Shown in pieces: positions 19,535 to 30,103 of a stretch of 64,000 nucleotides of DNA; the first letter of the stretch is position 1; every line of letters begins with the position of its first letter. The notes beneath the pieces are model-generated. The model did no database searches. It had not been told where the DNA came from and worked only from the letters and a program-made list of their open reading frames with translations. The DNA lies in NCBI GenBank assembly GCA_963764505.1, contig CAVXSP010000001.1, forward strand, positions 2,036,614-2,100,613, written 5' to 3'. This stretch comes from an uncultured Acidobacteriota bacterium (GTDB lineage: Bacteria > Acidobacteriota > Vicinamibacteria > Vicinamibacterales > SCN-69-37). The position numbers and the translations under genes are program-made.

Positions 19535-21582
19535 ATGATGGATGATGTTTCGGCTAGGCCCCTGGCTTCGTCGCCTGCGTTCGTGGACTCTGTTCTCCTC
19601 TTGGCCGCGTCGAGCGGGAACGAGTTCATGCTTCACATCGCCGATCTGTACCGGCACGGGTTTCAGGAAGCCGGTATCACCTGCGAATCTCCTGATCGAC
19701 GAGATTCCGCGTGCGTTCGTTGACAGGCAGGTGCGGATCGTCGTGGCGCCGCACGAGTTCTTCCCTCTGTTCGCGAGGGACCGCCTCCGGCCGCCAACCC
19801 TCGCGCGTCTGCTGTCAGAGGTGTACGTGCTCAACGTCGAGCAGCCGGGGGGGCAATGGTTCGAGATCGCCTCTGGATACGGACGCCGCGCCCGGGGCGC
19901 GATCGACATCAGCCGCGACGGGGCGCACGAACTCCTTCGGAGAGGCGTCGACGCCACGGTCGCGCCGCTCGGCTATGCCCCGATGCTGGAGTGTGAGTCG
20001 CTCGATCGGCACACCGAGAGACCGATCGATGTCCTGTTCCTGGGACACAGCTCGCCCCGACGGGATGAGTTCCTGGCTCGCCACGCCGACGTCTTCAGCG
20101 CGTTCAACTGTCACTTCGTGCTCACGGACTTGGCGGCGCCGCGCCGCCTCGGCACGAGTGGGTATCACACGGGTCTTGATCGCTTGCGGCTGCTGGCGTC
20201 GAGCAAGATTCTTGTCAATGTCCATTCGAGCGATCGCACGTACTTCGAAACGCATCGGGCGCTGCTGGCCCTCGCAAACAACTGCCTGTTCGTAAGCGAG
20301 CTCAGCCGAGAGAGCGGCTCCCTGCAAAGCGGTGTCCATTTCGTGATGGCTTCGATCGAAGAAATCCCGGCGGTGTGTCGACGATATCTTCAGGATCCGC
20401 AGGCGCTGCGTGCGATCGCCTCGGAGGGGCACGCGTACGTCAAGTCGCAGCTGACGATGAAGTCGACGTGCCAATCGCTGATCCGGCAGCTCGACGAGCT
20501 CGAACGCGAAGCACATGGGCGGAACGGCGCCCATGAGCCGGCCCGTCTCGATCGTCAGCGGGCCAGGCGCCGGATTGCGCGTCAGATTCGCGAAGACGCC
20601 GGAAGGCGCACACGAGGCGAACGTACCTGGGACCTCCAGCGCAACTCGGCTTACGTCGATTCGTCCAGTCCCTCGGTGGCTGTCGTCGTGACGCTCTACA
20701 ACTATGCATCCTACATCCAGGAATGCCTGTTGAGCGTGCTCTCCGCGGAGGCTGTCGGGGACGGCGTCGAGGTCATCGTTGTGGACGACGGATCGACCGA
20801 CGAATCGCTCGAGCGGGCGACCGCATTGGCGAACAACGCCGCCATGCCGATTCTGATCGTTCGAAAACACTCCAACACCGGATTGGCTGACGCCCGAAAT
20901 GTTGGGCTGTCCTGCGCGCGGGCGAATGCTGTCTTCATCCTGGACGCGGACAACTGGATCTATCCCCGGTGTCTTCGGCTCCTGTACGAGGCGCTGCGGG
21001 CTGGGACCTGCGCAGGCGTCTACAGCCTGATCCGCCGGTTCGACCACAAGACCCAAGAAGCACTGGGGCTCATGTCTCGATTCGACTGGGACGTGACGGA
21101 GCTGATTCGGTCACCTTACATCGACGCGATGGCGATGATGGACCGTGAGGCGGTGCTCAGCGTCGGTGGATACTCGACGGAACTCATCGATCACGGCTGG
21201 TTCGGCTGGGAAGACTACGACCTCTGGCTGAAGCTGGCGGCGGCAGGCTTCGCCTGCAGGCTCGTCCCGAACGTGCTCAGCTCCTACCGTGCTCACGAAC
21301 GCGTCGATGCTGCATCGCACCAATCAGACAACGGAAGGCATTTCGCGCTACTTCCACTCGAAGTTCAGGAACCTGGTGAAGGAGCACCCGGGCTTGGACC
21401 GGTATTTCGGCTTTCCCGTATCGTCCGTTCGTGGCGTGCCGTCGAGAGCGCCGGCCGCTTACGACCTGAGCGAACGATGCGGTCAGCTCGAAGCCAAGCT
21501 CGACGCGATGTACGCCTCGGCAAGCTGGCGGGTGACGGCGCCACTGAGATTCGCGTATCGCTTGCTGACCGGTCGGCCGTAG
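19535..21582 (+). CDS. Two-domain glycosyltransferase (GT1-like/CgeB-like N-domain + GT2 domain) with SWRxTxPLR tail; 2 frameshifts as assembled
   Basis: ATG 19535 (MMDDVSARPLASSPAFVDSVLLLAASSGNEFMLHIADLYRHGFQEAGITCE) is in ORF 19325-19723, and the frame shifts near 19685 into ORF 19542-21662 (IDVLFLGHSSPRRDEFLARH...ILVNVHSSDRTYFETHR). The GT2 blocks are VAVVVTLYNYASYIQECLLSVL, VIVVDDGSTDES and FILDADN...WEDYDLWLKL. A second shift near 21300 leads into ORF 21289-21582, ending in EAKLDAMYASASWRVTAPLRFAYRLLTGRP. Confidence 0.75.
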
Positions 21583-21600
21583 TCGGAGACGACCGCGGAC

Positions 21601-22589
21601 TCACGGAGCGTTGCCGTACCGGCGCCGCGCGTGATGCCAGGCGCCCAGGCCAACGTTCTTGAGTCCCGCGGCCCTCGGGACGGCAGGGGACAGGAGCGCG
21701 AACACCGCGTTCAGTGCCACGATCGGAACCGTCCGGAGGATCCCGAGCCCCGGGACGGGCAGCGGCGCCGCTCGCTTCGCCAGCAAGAGATGGTTGCGGG
21801 TCGCAAAGTACGATCTTGCGAGGCGACGTGGACCCGATCGAGACGCTTTCCTCGTGATAGGCGAGCGCCGCCGCGCGCGACGGCCGAGAGGAAGCCGGCC
21901 CGACGAGCGCGCAGGCAGAAGTCGATGTCCTCGAACGAGTAGAAGTATCGCTCGTCGAGCAGCCCGATCCGATCGAACACCGTCGCGGCGAATCAGCATC
22001 ACGCACCCGCTGACCGCGTCGACGATCCGGCGGTCGGCGCGCGCTGTGCGCGTCGAGCCGTTGCGCCCGCGCCGTGATTCCACATGCGGCCGGTCGCCGC
22101 CGAGAAGCGGATGCCCATCGACGAGACCAGCTCGGGCTGCGCGCGCGAGAGCAGCACGGGCCCGACGATGCCGATCCGCGGATCCGTCAGGAGGACGTCC
22201 TCCATCTGCGCCAGCGCGTCGGGGGCGACGATCGCGTCGCTGTTCACGAGCAGCACCAGCTCCGCGCCGCGGGTCAGCGCGTCGCGGATCCCGACGTTGC
22301 AGCCGCCCGAAAAGCCCAGGTTCTCGCCGCTCTCGAGCACGCGCGCCGCCGGGAGCGCCGCTCGGAGACGGGCGGCCTCGCCATCGCTCGATCCGTTGTC
22401 CACGACGATGACCTCATCGATCGGCCGGCGGGAGGCCTGCAGCGCCAGCACCGCGAGCTGCGTCTCGTCCGGCGTCTCGAAGTTCAGCACGACCGCGGCC
22501 GTCTTCGCCGGGATGCGCGGAGCGCGGCGTGCGGTCGGCGCCCGCAGCCGAGCCGTCCGCGAGCTGCGCGGTAGAGGTCGCGCGTCCAC
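21601..22589 (-). pseudogene. Glycosyltransferase family 2 (rhamnosyltransferase-like), ~4 frame changes as assembled
   Basis: GTG 22589-22587 is preceded by aggagga. AAVVLNFETPDETQLAVLALQAS...VIVVDNGSSDGEA...NLGFSGGCNVGIRDAL...LLVNSDA lies in ORF 21999-23294. The remaining pieces lie in three other frames: VDAVSGCVMLIRRD; FDRIGLLDERYFYSFEDIDFCLRARRAGF; LAYHEESVSIGS; SYFATRNHLLLAKR. Confidence 0.75.
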
Positions 22590-23913
22590 CGCGCATCCTC
22601 CTGGATCGTCCGGCCGGGCTCGACGCCCGCCCGCAGCCGGTCGAGCAGACCCGCCTCCTCGATCACGCGCCGCATCGTCCGCCGCAGATCGGCGGCATCG
22701 CCCACCTGGAAGAGGAGTCCCGTCCGGCCGTCGGCCACCATCTCCGCCATGCCGCCGATGTTCGAGGCGATGACGGGCACGCCGGCGGCGAACGCCTCGC
22801 GAATGACGAACGGGGCGTTCTCCAGCCAGACCGAAGGCACGACGAGGACGTCGATGGAGGCGAGCGCCTGCGGGACGGCGTCGTGCGGAATCGGTCCGTG
22901 GACGTGGACATCGGGCTGGGCCAGGAGCGGCTCGACCTGCGAGCGGTACCGATCGTCGCCGTGGTAGGGCGTGAACGACCCGAAGATTTCGAGCGTCGCC
23001 CGGCCGCGCGGCAGTCCGGCGAACGCCTCGAGCAGCAGGTGCGGCGCTTTCGAGACGAGCAGGCTGCCCATGAATGCGAACCGCACGTGTCCGGCCAGGC
23101 GTCGCGATGCAGAGTCCGCGAACCCGGCTCTGATCGATGCCCTGCGGCGCGTAGGCGATCCGATCGGGCGGGATGCCGAATTCCAGGAAGCGCTCGCGCA
23201 GCGTGTTCGACGGCGCGAGAAAGTGGGTGACCGCGGCGCTCATCCGGCGCATGTGCTCGAGGCGGCGCGCGGAGGCCGCCTGGGTGTCGAGCACGCGGCC
23301 GCCGATCCGCTGGCCCGCGGCGAACGACCCGTCCGAGCGCGCGCGCGCCGGCCGCCGGCAGCCCGCGCTCGACCGCTCGCAGCAGGCCCGCGAAGCGGTA
23401 GCCTCCGCGACCGGCCGCCCCGCGGCGCCGACGCACCGCGCGCACCCGTTCGGGTACGGCCCGTCGCATCGGCTGGAGGTCGAGGTCGAAGAGCTGCCCG
23501 CGATGGCAGATGAGCCAGTAGTCGTTCAGCGTGAAGACGGTGGGGATCCGTCTGGCCGCGCACTCGAGCACGAGTGTCCGTCGACAGGCACGTGAGGTGC
23601 TGGATGTGCACGACGTCGGGCCGGATTTCGTCGAGCAGTGCAGCGCCGATGCGCCGAATGGCGGGATTCCGGTACGTCTCCTCGAAGGACCGGCAGGCGT
23701 GGAAACGTGTTGTTCACGATCGTCAGATCGAGGCCGTCGCGCGTCTCGCGCCGCACGTGGTACTCGGGCAGCTCGGCATCGCGCTTCGCGCGTGAGGACG
23801 AAGACCTCGTCGCCGAACTCGTGCCGCAGCGCGCGCGCCAGATCGTGCGTGTAGATCTCGGTGCCGCCCATGGCCCAGGGCGGAAATCCGTGGACGACGA
23901 ACAGGACGCGCAT
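22484..23913 (-). pseudogene. Glycosyltransferase family 4, at least 5 frame changes as assembled
   Basis: ATG 23913-23911 starts MRVLFVVHGFPPWAMGGTEIYTHDLARAL. Further pieces follow in other frames: RRETRDGLDLTIVNNTF; FEETYRNPAIRRIGAALLDEIRPDVVHIQHL; LVLECAARRIPTVFTLNDYWLICHRGQLF; HFLAPSNTLRERFLEFGIPPDRIAYAPQGIDQS; VRFAFMGSLLVSKAPHLLLEAF...PSVWLENAPFVIREAFAAGVPVIASNIGGMAEMV. One junction is resolved at the CCC run 23123-23125. The 3' end is uncertain. Confidence 0.75.
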
Positions 23914-24858
23914 CAGAGCCGTCCCTCGTCCGGAGCAGCTCGCGCCCGGTGTCCGTCGACCGGATGCCCAGGTACTGCCCGAGCGGGAACGCGAGCGCAA
24001 GGGTCATGGCGCGCCAGAGCACGCGCGGCGACGTGCCGGAGCGGCGAGCCGTTCGTCGCGCACCGCAGGTGCAGCGGCACCGTCGACGCCCAGGCGCGCA
24101 GCAGGCTCGGCACGTCCGGGATCGTCGCCAGCCCGAACAGCGCGCGCAGCCGCTGGTGCGCCAGATACGTCCGCATCAGCTCGTAGCGCGCCGGACCGAT
24201 CGTGCGAGTGGATGACGACCGCCTCGGGCACGTAGGCGAGGCCGTGGCCCGCGAGCAGCACGTCGCGCGCCCACTCGAGGTCTTCGGCGATAGGGGTCGC
24301 CTTGAACGGGTGGCGCGTCCAGACCGATCGCCGGACGCAGGAGCAGACGTTGTCGAACACGCAGGCGGTGAAACGGTCGTAGGGCGCCAGGCGATCGAAC
24401 GCCTCGCGGCTCGCGACGTAGCTCGTGCGCGGCGTCGGGCTGGCGGCGAGCCACCTGGCGAGGTAGTAGCGGGTGATGGCGGAGGCGTCGGCCCGCGGCT
24501 GCTGGCGCGCGTAGGTGCCCGCCAGCCGGTCGTCGGCCAGGAGCGGCCGCACGAGGTTGTCGAGCCATCGCGGCGAATCGGGTACCGCGTCCTGCACGAG
24601 CAGCACGACGAGCGCGCCCCGGCTCTCGACGATCGCGGCGTTGCGCGTCTCGCCGTGGTTGAACGTCGCGGCGGGAATCTGGAGCAGGCGGTCGACTCGG
24701 GATCGCAGGTACTCGACGGTGCCATCCGTCGAACCGGAGTCGATCGCGACGATCTCCCGCCGCAGCGGGCTCTCCTGCGCATCGATCGCGGCCAGCACGC
24801 CGGGCAGCGTGCCGAGGCCGTTGCTGGTCAGGAGGACGATCGAGACGTCGGGCGCCAC
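23913..24858 (-). pseudogene. Glycosyltransferase family 2, at least 2 frame changes as assembled
   Basis: GTG 24858 starts ORF 24004-24858 (VSIVLLTSNGLGTLPGVLAAIDAQ...IVAIDSGSTDGT...FNHGETRNAA...EDLEWARDVLLAGHGLAYVPEAVVIHSHDRS). The C-terminal part is in other frames (RYELMRTYLAHQRLRALFGLATIPDVPSLLRAW...; LWRAMTLALAFPLGQYLG). Its stop overlaps the ATG of the next gene at 23913. Confidence 0.7.
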
Positions 24859-24860
24859 GG

Positions 24861-26241
24861 CTAGGCCGACCGTCCGGCCGCCGTCCGCTCGTCACGCTCG
24901 CGTAGATCGCCTCCCAGCCGGCGGCGTCTTCCTCGATCGTCCGGACGGCAGGGAGGCGGGCCGCGAACTGACGCACGAGCTCCGGCTCGTCGATCGAGCC
25001 GCTCGAGCGCGGCCCGCAGTGACGTCCGGCGAGTACGCGTCGTAAATCAGCCCGTTGACGCCGTCCGACACGAGCTCGGGAATGCCGCCCTGCCGGGCTC
25101 CGACGATCGGGACGCCCGCCATGAACGCCTCGTGGATGACGAGCGGCGAGTTCTCGGGCCAGAGCGACGGCACGACAAGGACGTCGATCTGGCTGTACAC
25201 GTCCTGCGCCCGGTCCTGGTCGAACGGTCCCATGAAGCGCACCGGCAGATCGCGCGCCTGCTCGCGCAGCGTCTTCACGTAGGCGGGGAAGACCTCGAGA
25301 CTGCCGAACACTTTCAGCTCCACTGTCATCGTGGGCAGGCCCTGCAGCGCCTCGATCAGCACGTGCACGCCCTTGTGCCAGACGAGCGTGCCGACGAAGC
25401 CGAGCCGCAGACGGCGATCCGGTGCGCGTGGCGCGGGCGCCGCGCGTCGGAATCCGTAGTCGACGACGCGGAGCTTCCCGGGCGGCATGCCGGCGGCGCG
25501 GTACTCGTCGGCCAGGGCCTGCGACGGGGCCACGAAGAGATCGATCGATGTCGAAGACCTGCCGCGCCTTGTCCAGCCGCCGCACGATGTCCGCGGCGGT
25601 CAGCGGCCTGCGCGAGCGCGGACGCCCTGCTCGATGGCCGTGAACGTGCCGGGAAGCCGGCGCCGGACGACGTCGGCCAGCCGGACGAGCGCGGGGACGC
25701 GCGCGGCGACGCGCCGGCGGCCCGGCTGAGAGCCATCTGCGATGCCCAACTGCGACTGCGGAAAGCAGCGGCTGCAGCGCTCCGGGATCGATGACGTGGC
25801 ACACGTGCGCTTCCGCCATGTGCACGCGCTGGCCGCCCGGACGGGACAGAGCAGCGTGTAGTCGTGGAGCGTGGCGACCGTCGCCGCGCCGCGCTCGCGC
25901 GCCAGCGCCGGCAGATCCATCGACAGGTTCAGGAGGTTGTGCACGTGCAGCACGTCGGGATCCGTCGCCGCGAGCACGTGCCGCAGCGACCGGTTCAGGT
26001 CGGGCGACTGGTACGACTCGTCGAAGGTCGAAAACGCCCAGTTGTTCACCAGCTCGACGACGGGCAGGCCGTCGTGGACGCGCCAGGTGAGCGAGCCGTG
26101 CGCGCGCGCGGGATCGTATTCGGCGCACAGGACCGTCACCGCGTGCCGGCGGGCCAGCTCGTGGGCGAGGTGGTGCGCGTAGATCTCCGAGCCGGCGCGA
26201 TGCCGCGGGAGGAAGTCGTGGATCGCGTGGAGCAGCCTCAT
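24861..26241 (-). pseudogene. Glycosyltransferase family 4, at least 5 frame changes as assembled
   Basis: ATG 26241-26239 starts MRLLHAIHDFLPRHRAGSEIYAHHLAHELARRHAVTVLCAEYDP...DVLHVHNLLNLSMDLPALARERGAATVATLHDYTLLCP (ORF 25600-26688). The sequence then alternates frames: GGQRVHMAEAHVCHVIDP; ERCSRCFPQSQLG; LTAADIVRRLDKARQVFDID. The C-terminal GT1 domain is in ORF 24892-25533 (LGFVGTLVWHKGVHVLIEAL...PSLWPENSPLVIHEAFMAGVPIVGARQGGIPELV). The 3' end is uncertain. Confidence 0.75.
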
Positions 26242-26335
26242 CGGAGCCCGGCCGTCAAGGATACCCGAACGCGTCACGCGAGAGGCGGAGCGGCCCGCAC
26301 CGCACCGACCGTCACGGTCGGCGCCGCCAGTCGCG

Positions 26336-28320
26336 CTACCGTTCCAGAATGACAGCGAGTTCGAAGATGTCCGTGACGTTCCCTGCTGACGTCGGCGTCC
26401 GCAGCCAGCGTGCAACTGATGAAGGCCGCCCGCGAGGGAATGAATGTCCACCAGGAACGCATATGGGCACGTTGTCGTTGTGCTGCGCGACCTGACCGCC
26501 GTCGGCGATGATAGCGACCTCCGCCACGCCGACGTCGTCTGTCCGCCGAGAAGGAACGTGAGAGTCCCGACCCCGAGGCTCACGCTGGCGAGCGAGACCG
26601 TGGGAGGAGTGCTGTCCACCGGTGGAGGTGGCGGCGGTGGGGCGGCGGTGGCGGTGGAGGCGGTGGCGGAGGCGGCGGAGGCGAGCATTGCCGATCGTCA
26701 CCAGCGTGTCCGGCAGCACCGCCACGTTGCCCGCATCGATCGACGTAGCGCGCAGGGTGAGCCGATGAGAGCCGTTCGCGTAGCGCGTGGTGTCGAGGTT
26801 GTAGACGAAGCCCGTCGTGACCGGCATGCCGAGGTAGGTACGCCGAGACGTCGGGACGGGGGATGCCGTAGGTCGCGCTGCCCGCGCGCGCGCCGTCGAC
26901 GAAGACGTCCACGGTCGCGACGAGGGTGTTGTCGATCATCCATCCGCTGATCGGCACCGTCGCCGAAAGCGTCTGGCCCGCGATCGGCCTCTCCACGTAC
27001 CCGTAGCGGCGGCAGCGTGTCGGCGGCGTCCGTCGCCGGCCCGAAGCGCATAGATCGTCTGGCGCGCCGCCCGGTAGTCGCCGGCAATGAGATAGATGTC
27101 ACCTTCGAAGATGCTGTTGGGCGTCAGCGTCATCGGCACGTCCGGTCGGAAGTAGTTGGCGGCATCGCCCATACTCGCCGGTCGCGCCGTCCCACCTCAT
27201 GCCGCTCGTCGTACGGATACTGCTGAGGGACCTACACGGTCAGGCCGACGCCCTTGTCGTTCACGAGCGACGGCCCAGTGCTCGGGGACGTAGCTGAGGC
27301 GCGATGCGCTCGTTCGGATAGGGCAGCGTGCCAATCGTAACGGCGCCGCCGGTCCACGGCGGCGCCGCCGCTGTACTGCACGAACCGGTCCCAGCCGCGA
27401 TTGACGTAGACGGCGGGAAATTCCTGGAACGCGTTGGCGTGCGTGTCGCTGCCCGAGTGCGGTAATCCTGTAGTGCAGCCGGATCGCGTGCGGATCGGCG
27501 GCGACGAAGCTCACCCACTGCTCGATTGACGACGTCGGAGGCCACGGGCCGGCCGGCGACCGCCGCCCTTGTCGTCCGGGTTCCATTCGAGCGGGCGTGT
27601 GAGGATGTGAATCGACTGCGAGTCGGACTCCTGCAGAATCACCGGGCTGCCGGCATTGTATTTGTCGCCGCCCTGGACCGGGTCCCAGCCCCAGACGCCC
27701 GTGCAGCCGGCGCAGTTGTCGTACGCGGCGTTGCCGTCGTAGAGCGCCGCCTGCACCTGCCGCCCCGTGCAGTCGGAGTTGTTGATGAGGTTCTGCCCGC
27801 CGATCACGATCTCCGCGACCGTGCCGCCGCACTTCGTCTCCACGCCCACCCGGATCATGCCGTTGTCGATCCGAATCATCGTGCCGGTCTGGGTCGCCGC
27901 CAGCGTGAAGCTCACTCCCGATCCTTGCAGCAGCCGGTTCTCGCTCGACAGGCCCGAGAGATCGATGCCATAGGCGTACAGCACGTGGGGACGCCCGTCG
28001 CGGTACTCGCTCGGAATGGCGAACGAGTAGCTGTGCAGCCCGCTGGACGCGGCCACGTAGGCGCTGGCGAGCGTCAGGCCGAGGAAGGTGCCCGTCGCGG
28101 CCGGCCCATCGAGATAGAAGTGCACGTAGACAGGCGTGCCCAACGCATCCAGATCCAGAGCCCAGCCCGTGGCATTGCCACTGGCATCGACGCCCGAGAG
28201 CGTGCCGTACACCGGCAGACTGGCTCGCGCGGCCGTCGTCACGCACAGGAGAATCAGAATGGCAGCCGAAAGCGTGGCCATTGGCCGCCGGGCGATGCGG
28301 CGATCGGTCGGAGAAGTCAT
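26336..28320 (-). pseudogene. Large secreted protein with Ig-like domains and a central uncharacterised (possibly glycan-active) domain; at least 6 frame changes as assembled
   Basis: ATG 28320 (or 28281) is followed by a signal peptide (MATLSAAILILLCVTTAARA). The first Ig-like module is GNATGWALDLDALGTPVYVHFYLDG. The central domain is in ORF 27511-28503 (CGGTVAEIVIGGQNLINNSDC...GVWGWDPVQGGDKYNAGSPV). Later pieces lie in several frames: IEQWVSFVAADPHAIRLHYRI; DAANYFRPDVPMTLTPNSIFEGDIYLIAGDY; QTLSATVPISGWMIDNTLVATVDVFVDGARAGSATYGIPRPDVSAYL; MPVTTGFVYNLDTTRYANGSHRLTLRATSIDAGNVAV. A poly-Pro linker and a terminal Ig-like domain (DDVGVAEVAIIADG...NVTDIFELAVILER) close the protein. Confidence 0.6.
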
Positions 28321-28524
28321 GAGTGGCGCTCCCAAGCAGAAGCGATGCCAATGCACGGAAGCCGTCTGGTGGGAGGCCTCCAGTTCCAGCGATGGTCCGC
28401 CGGTACAGATGTGTGTCGAAATGAACGAGCCTGCATTCCTCAATGCGGGCTGCGCGGTACGCCTGTCGCACCGGCAGCGGGGGCCGTCCAGCTCGGCAGC
28501 CATTGACGCTGGAAAACTCCAGTT

Positions 28525-30041
28525 GTGCGGAGTCTACTTGACGGGGACGATTACCCCACCTCATCACCCAGCGGGATGACGGAGACTCCACTCTCGCAGA
28601 CGGATAGTCGCTCTTGGCCTGGAACGTGGATTGTTGCGCTCGCGGCCGTCACGGCGGTCTGGTTTGCGCTCCTGTTGACGCGTCGGCTCGGGTTGCACAT
28701 CGACGAGAACAATTACTTCCGGATCGCGCACAGCGATTTCTTCGGTGATTCGGCCCTCTCGAACAAGCCCTACGCCTTTTACGCCGTCAATTACCTCTTC
28801 ATGAACGGTATTGGCCGCTTCCTGGGCCCCTTGCACCCGGTGGCACTGCACCTGCTTTACTTCGCGGGCCTCACGGCCAGCTGCGCTCACCTGGCGCGCA
28901 GGCTCCGATCCGGTGCCACCGAGCGTCTAACGATCTTCCTGGCGGTTCTGCTGAGCCCTTTCCTTCTCTTCAACTCGACCCAGTTGATGATGGAAAACGC
29001 GCAGTATCCCGTGCTGGCGCTCCTCTTCGGCCTTCTTCTCGACCCTGAGGCCGGTGTCACCAAGCGCTCGTCGCTCGCCCTTTTCGCTCTGGCGCTGCTC
29101 TCGGTCCTGATCAAAGAGACCTCGGTCGCCGCGCTCGCCGTCCTGGCGATCGGGTTTCGCGAACGCAGGAACGGGGTCTGGCCGCTCTGCGCTGTCATGG
29201 CGATCGGCGTGAGCATGGCCGTTTTCGCCTCTCACGGCGGCGTGGACACGCCCCAAAAGACTTATGGCAGCCTGACCTCCCTTCCCGGTTTCGATGAGCT
29301 GGCAGATAGGGCTGAAAAGATGGCGGCTTTCGCGTGGACCTGGGTCTTCCTGCTGACCCTTCCACTGTGCGCAGCCGCCGTCCTCGCTGCTGTGCGTGAC
29401 CGGGCGGTCGTGGGCAGTCGAAAACACGTCCGCATTCTCATCGCCTCGCTCGTCGCCGCAGCCGTCATCGGCTTTCTGAGCAAAGAAGATTTCGTACGCT
29501 ACTCGTACCCGGTCGTGTTTCTGGCGCTTTGTTCCGCCGTCACCCTCGCGTCAGGCCTCAAACGCTGGGTACTTCCCATGATCATCGTCGCCGGAGCGGT
29601 CCCGGTTTGGAACATGTGGACCCCGGACGATGGCGACAGGCTTTCGCTCTGGCCTTCCATTCTGACTCGCGAGCTCTACTACAGCGGGTTTACCGTGCTG
29701 CCCGGCTATCCGCTCCACGCCTGGAGCGTTCTTTCGGCGGGAAGAAGGACGGCTTGTGCGTCCTGGTGACGACGAAGGACTCCGAAAACCCCTGGGCCAT
29801 CGCCAACTATTTCAAGTACGTGGGCAGAGACGTCCGGCTCTTCACGGAGGCTCAAGCTGCCGATTTCGAAAGATGCCCCGGCGCCAAAGCCATCGTGCGC
29901 CGGCAGTACTCGGAGGACTCGACCGATTGCTTGCCGCAGTGCGCCGAAGGCGTTGCTGTCGACGCTTGTGTCCGCCAGCCGATGCGCGGATGGGCCCGGA
30001 GTGAAGGGCGAGTATTGACCAACAAGACCTGTCTTCCGTGA
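28525..30041 (+). CDS. Polytopic membrane protein (GT-C-like / polymerase-like) with soluble Cys-containing C-terminal domain; one frameshift as assembled
   Basis: ORF 28525-29769 has about 10 hydrophobic helices (WIVALAAVTAVWFALLL..., FLAVLLSPFLLFNSTQLMMENAQYPVLALLFGLLL...). Near 29730 it continues in ORF 29529-30041 (KKDGLCVLVTTKDSENPWAIANYFKYVGRDVRLFTEAQAADFERCPG...). GC content is lower than in the flanks. The start is uncertain (28525 or ATG 28576). Confidence 0.55.
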
Positions 30042-30103
30042 CGGGACTTTCGCTTTCGCCGCGTTCGAGCGATCGCCAAGCTCAAGCCGAAGCACTGCTC
30101 GAG

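Noticed and set aside
27225-27245. Possible in-frame TAG inside the secreted protein gene (GLTV-stop-VPQQYPY)
   Set aside because: The local frame could not be fixed unambiguously because several frame changes lie close together. The apparent nonsense codon may simply be an off-frame reading.
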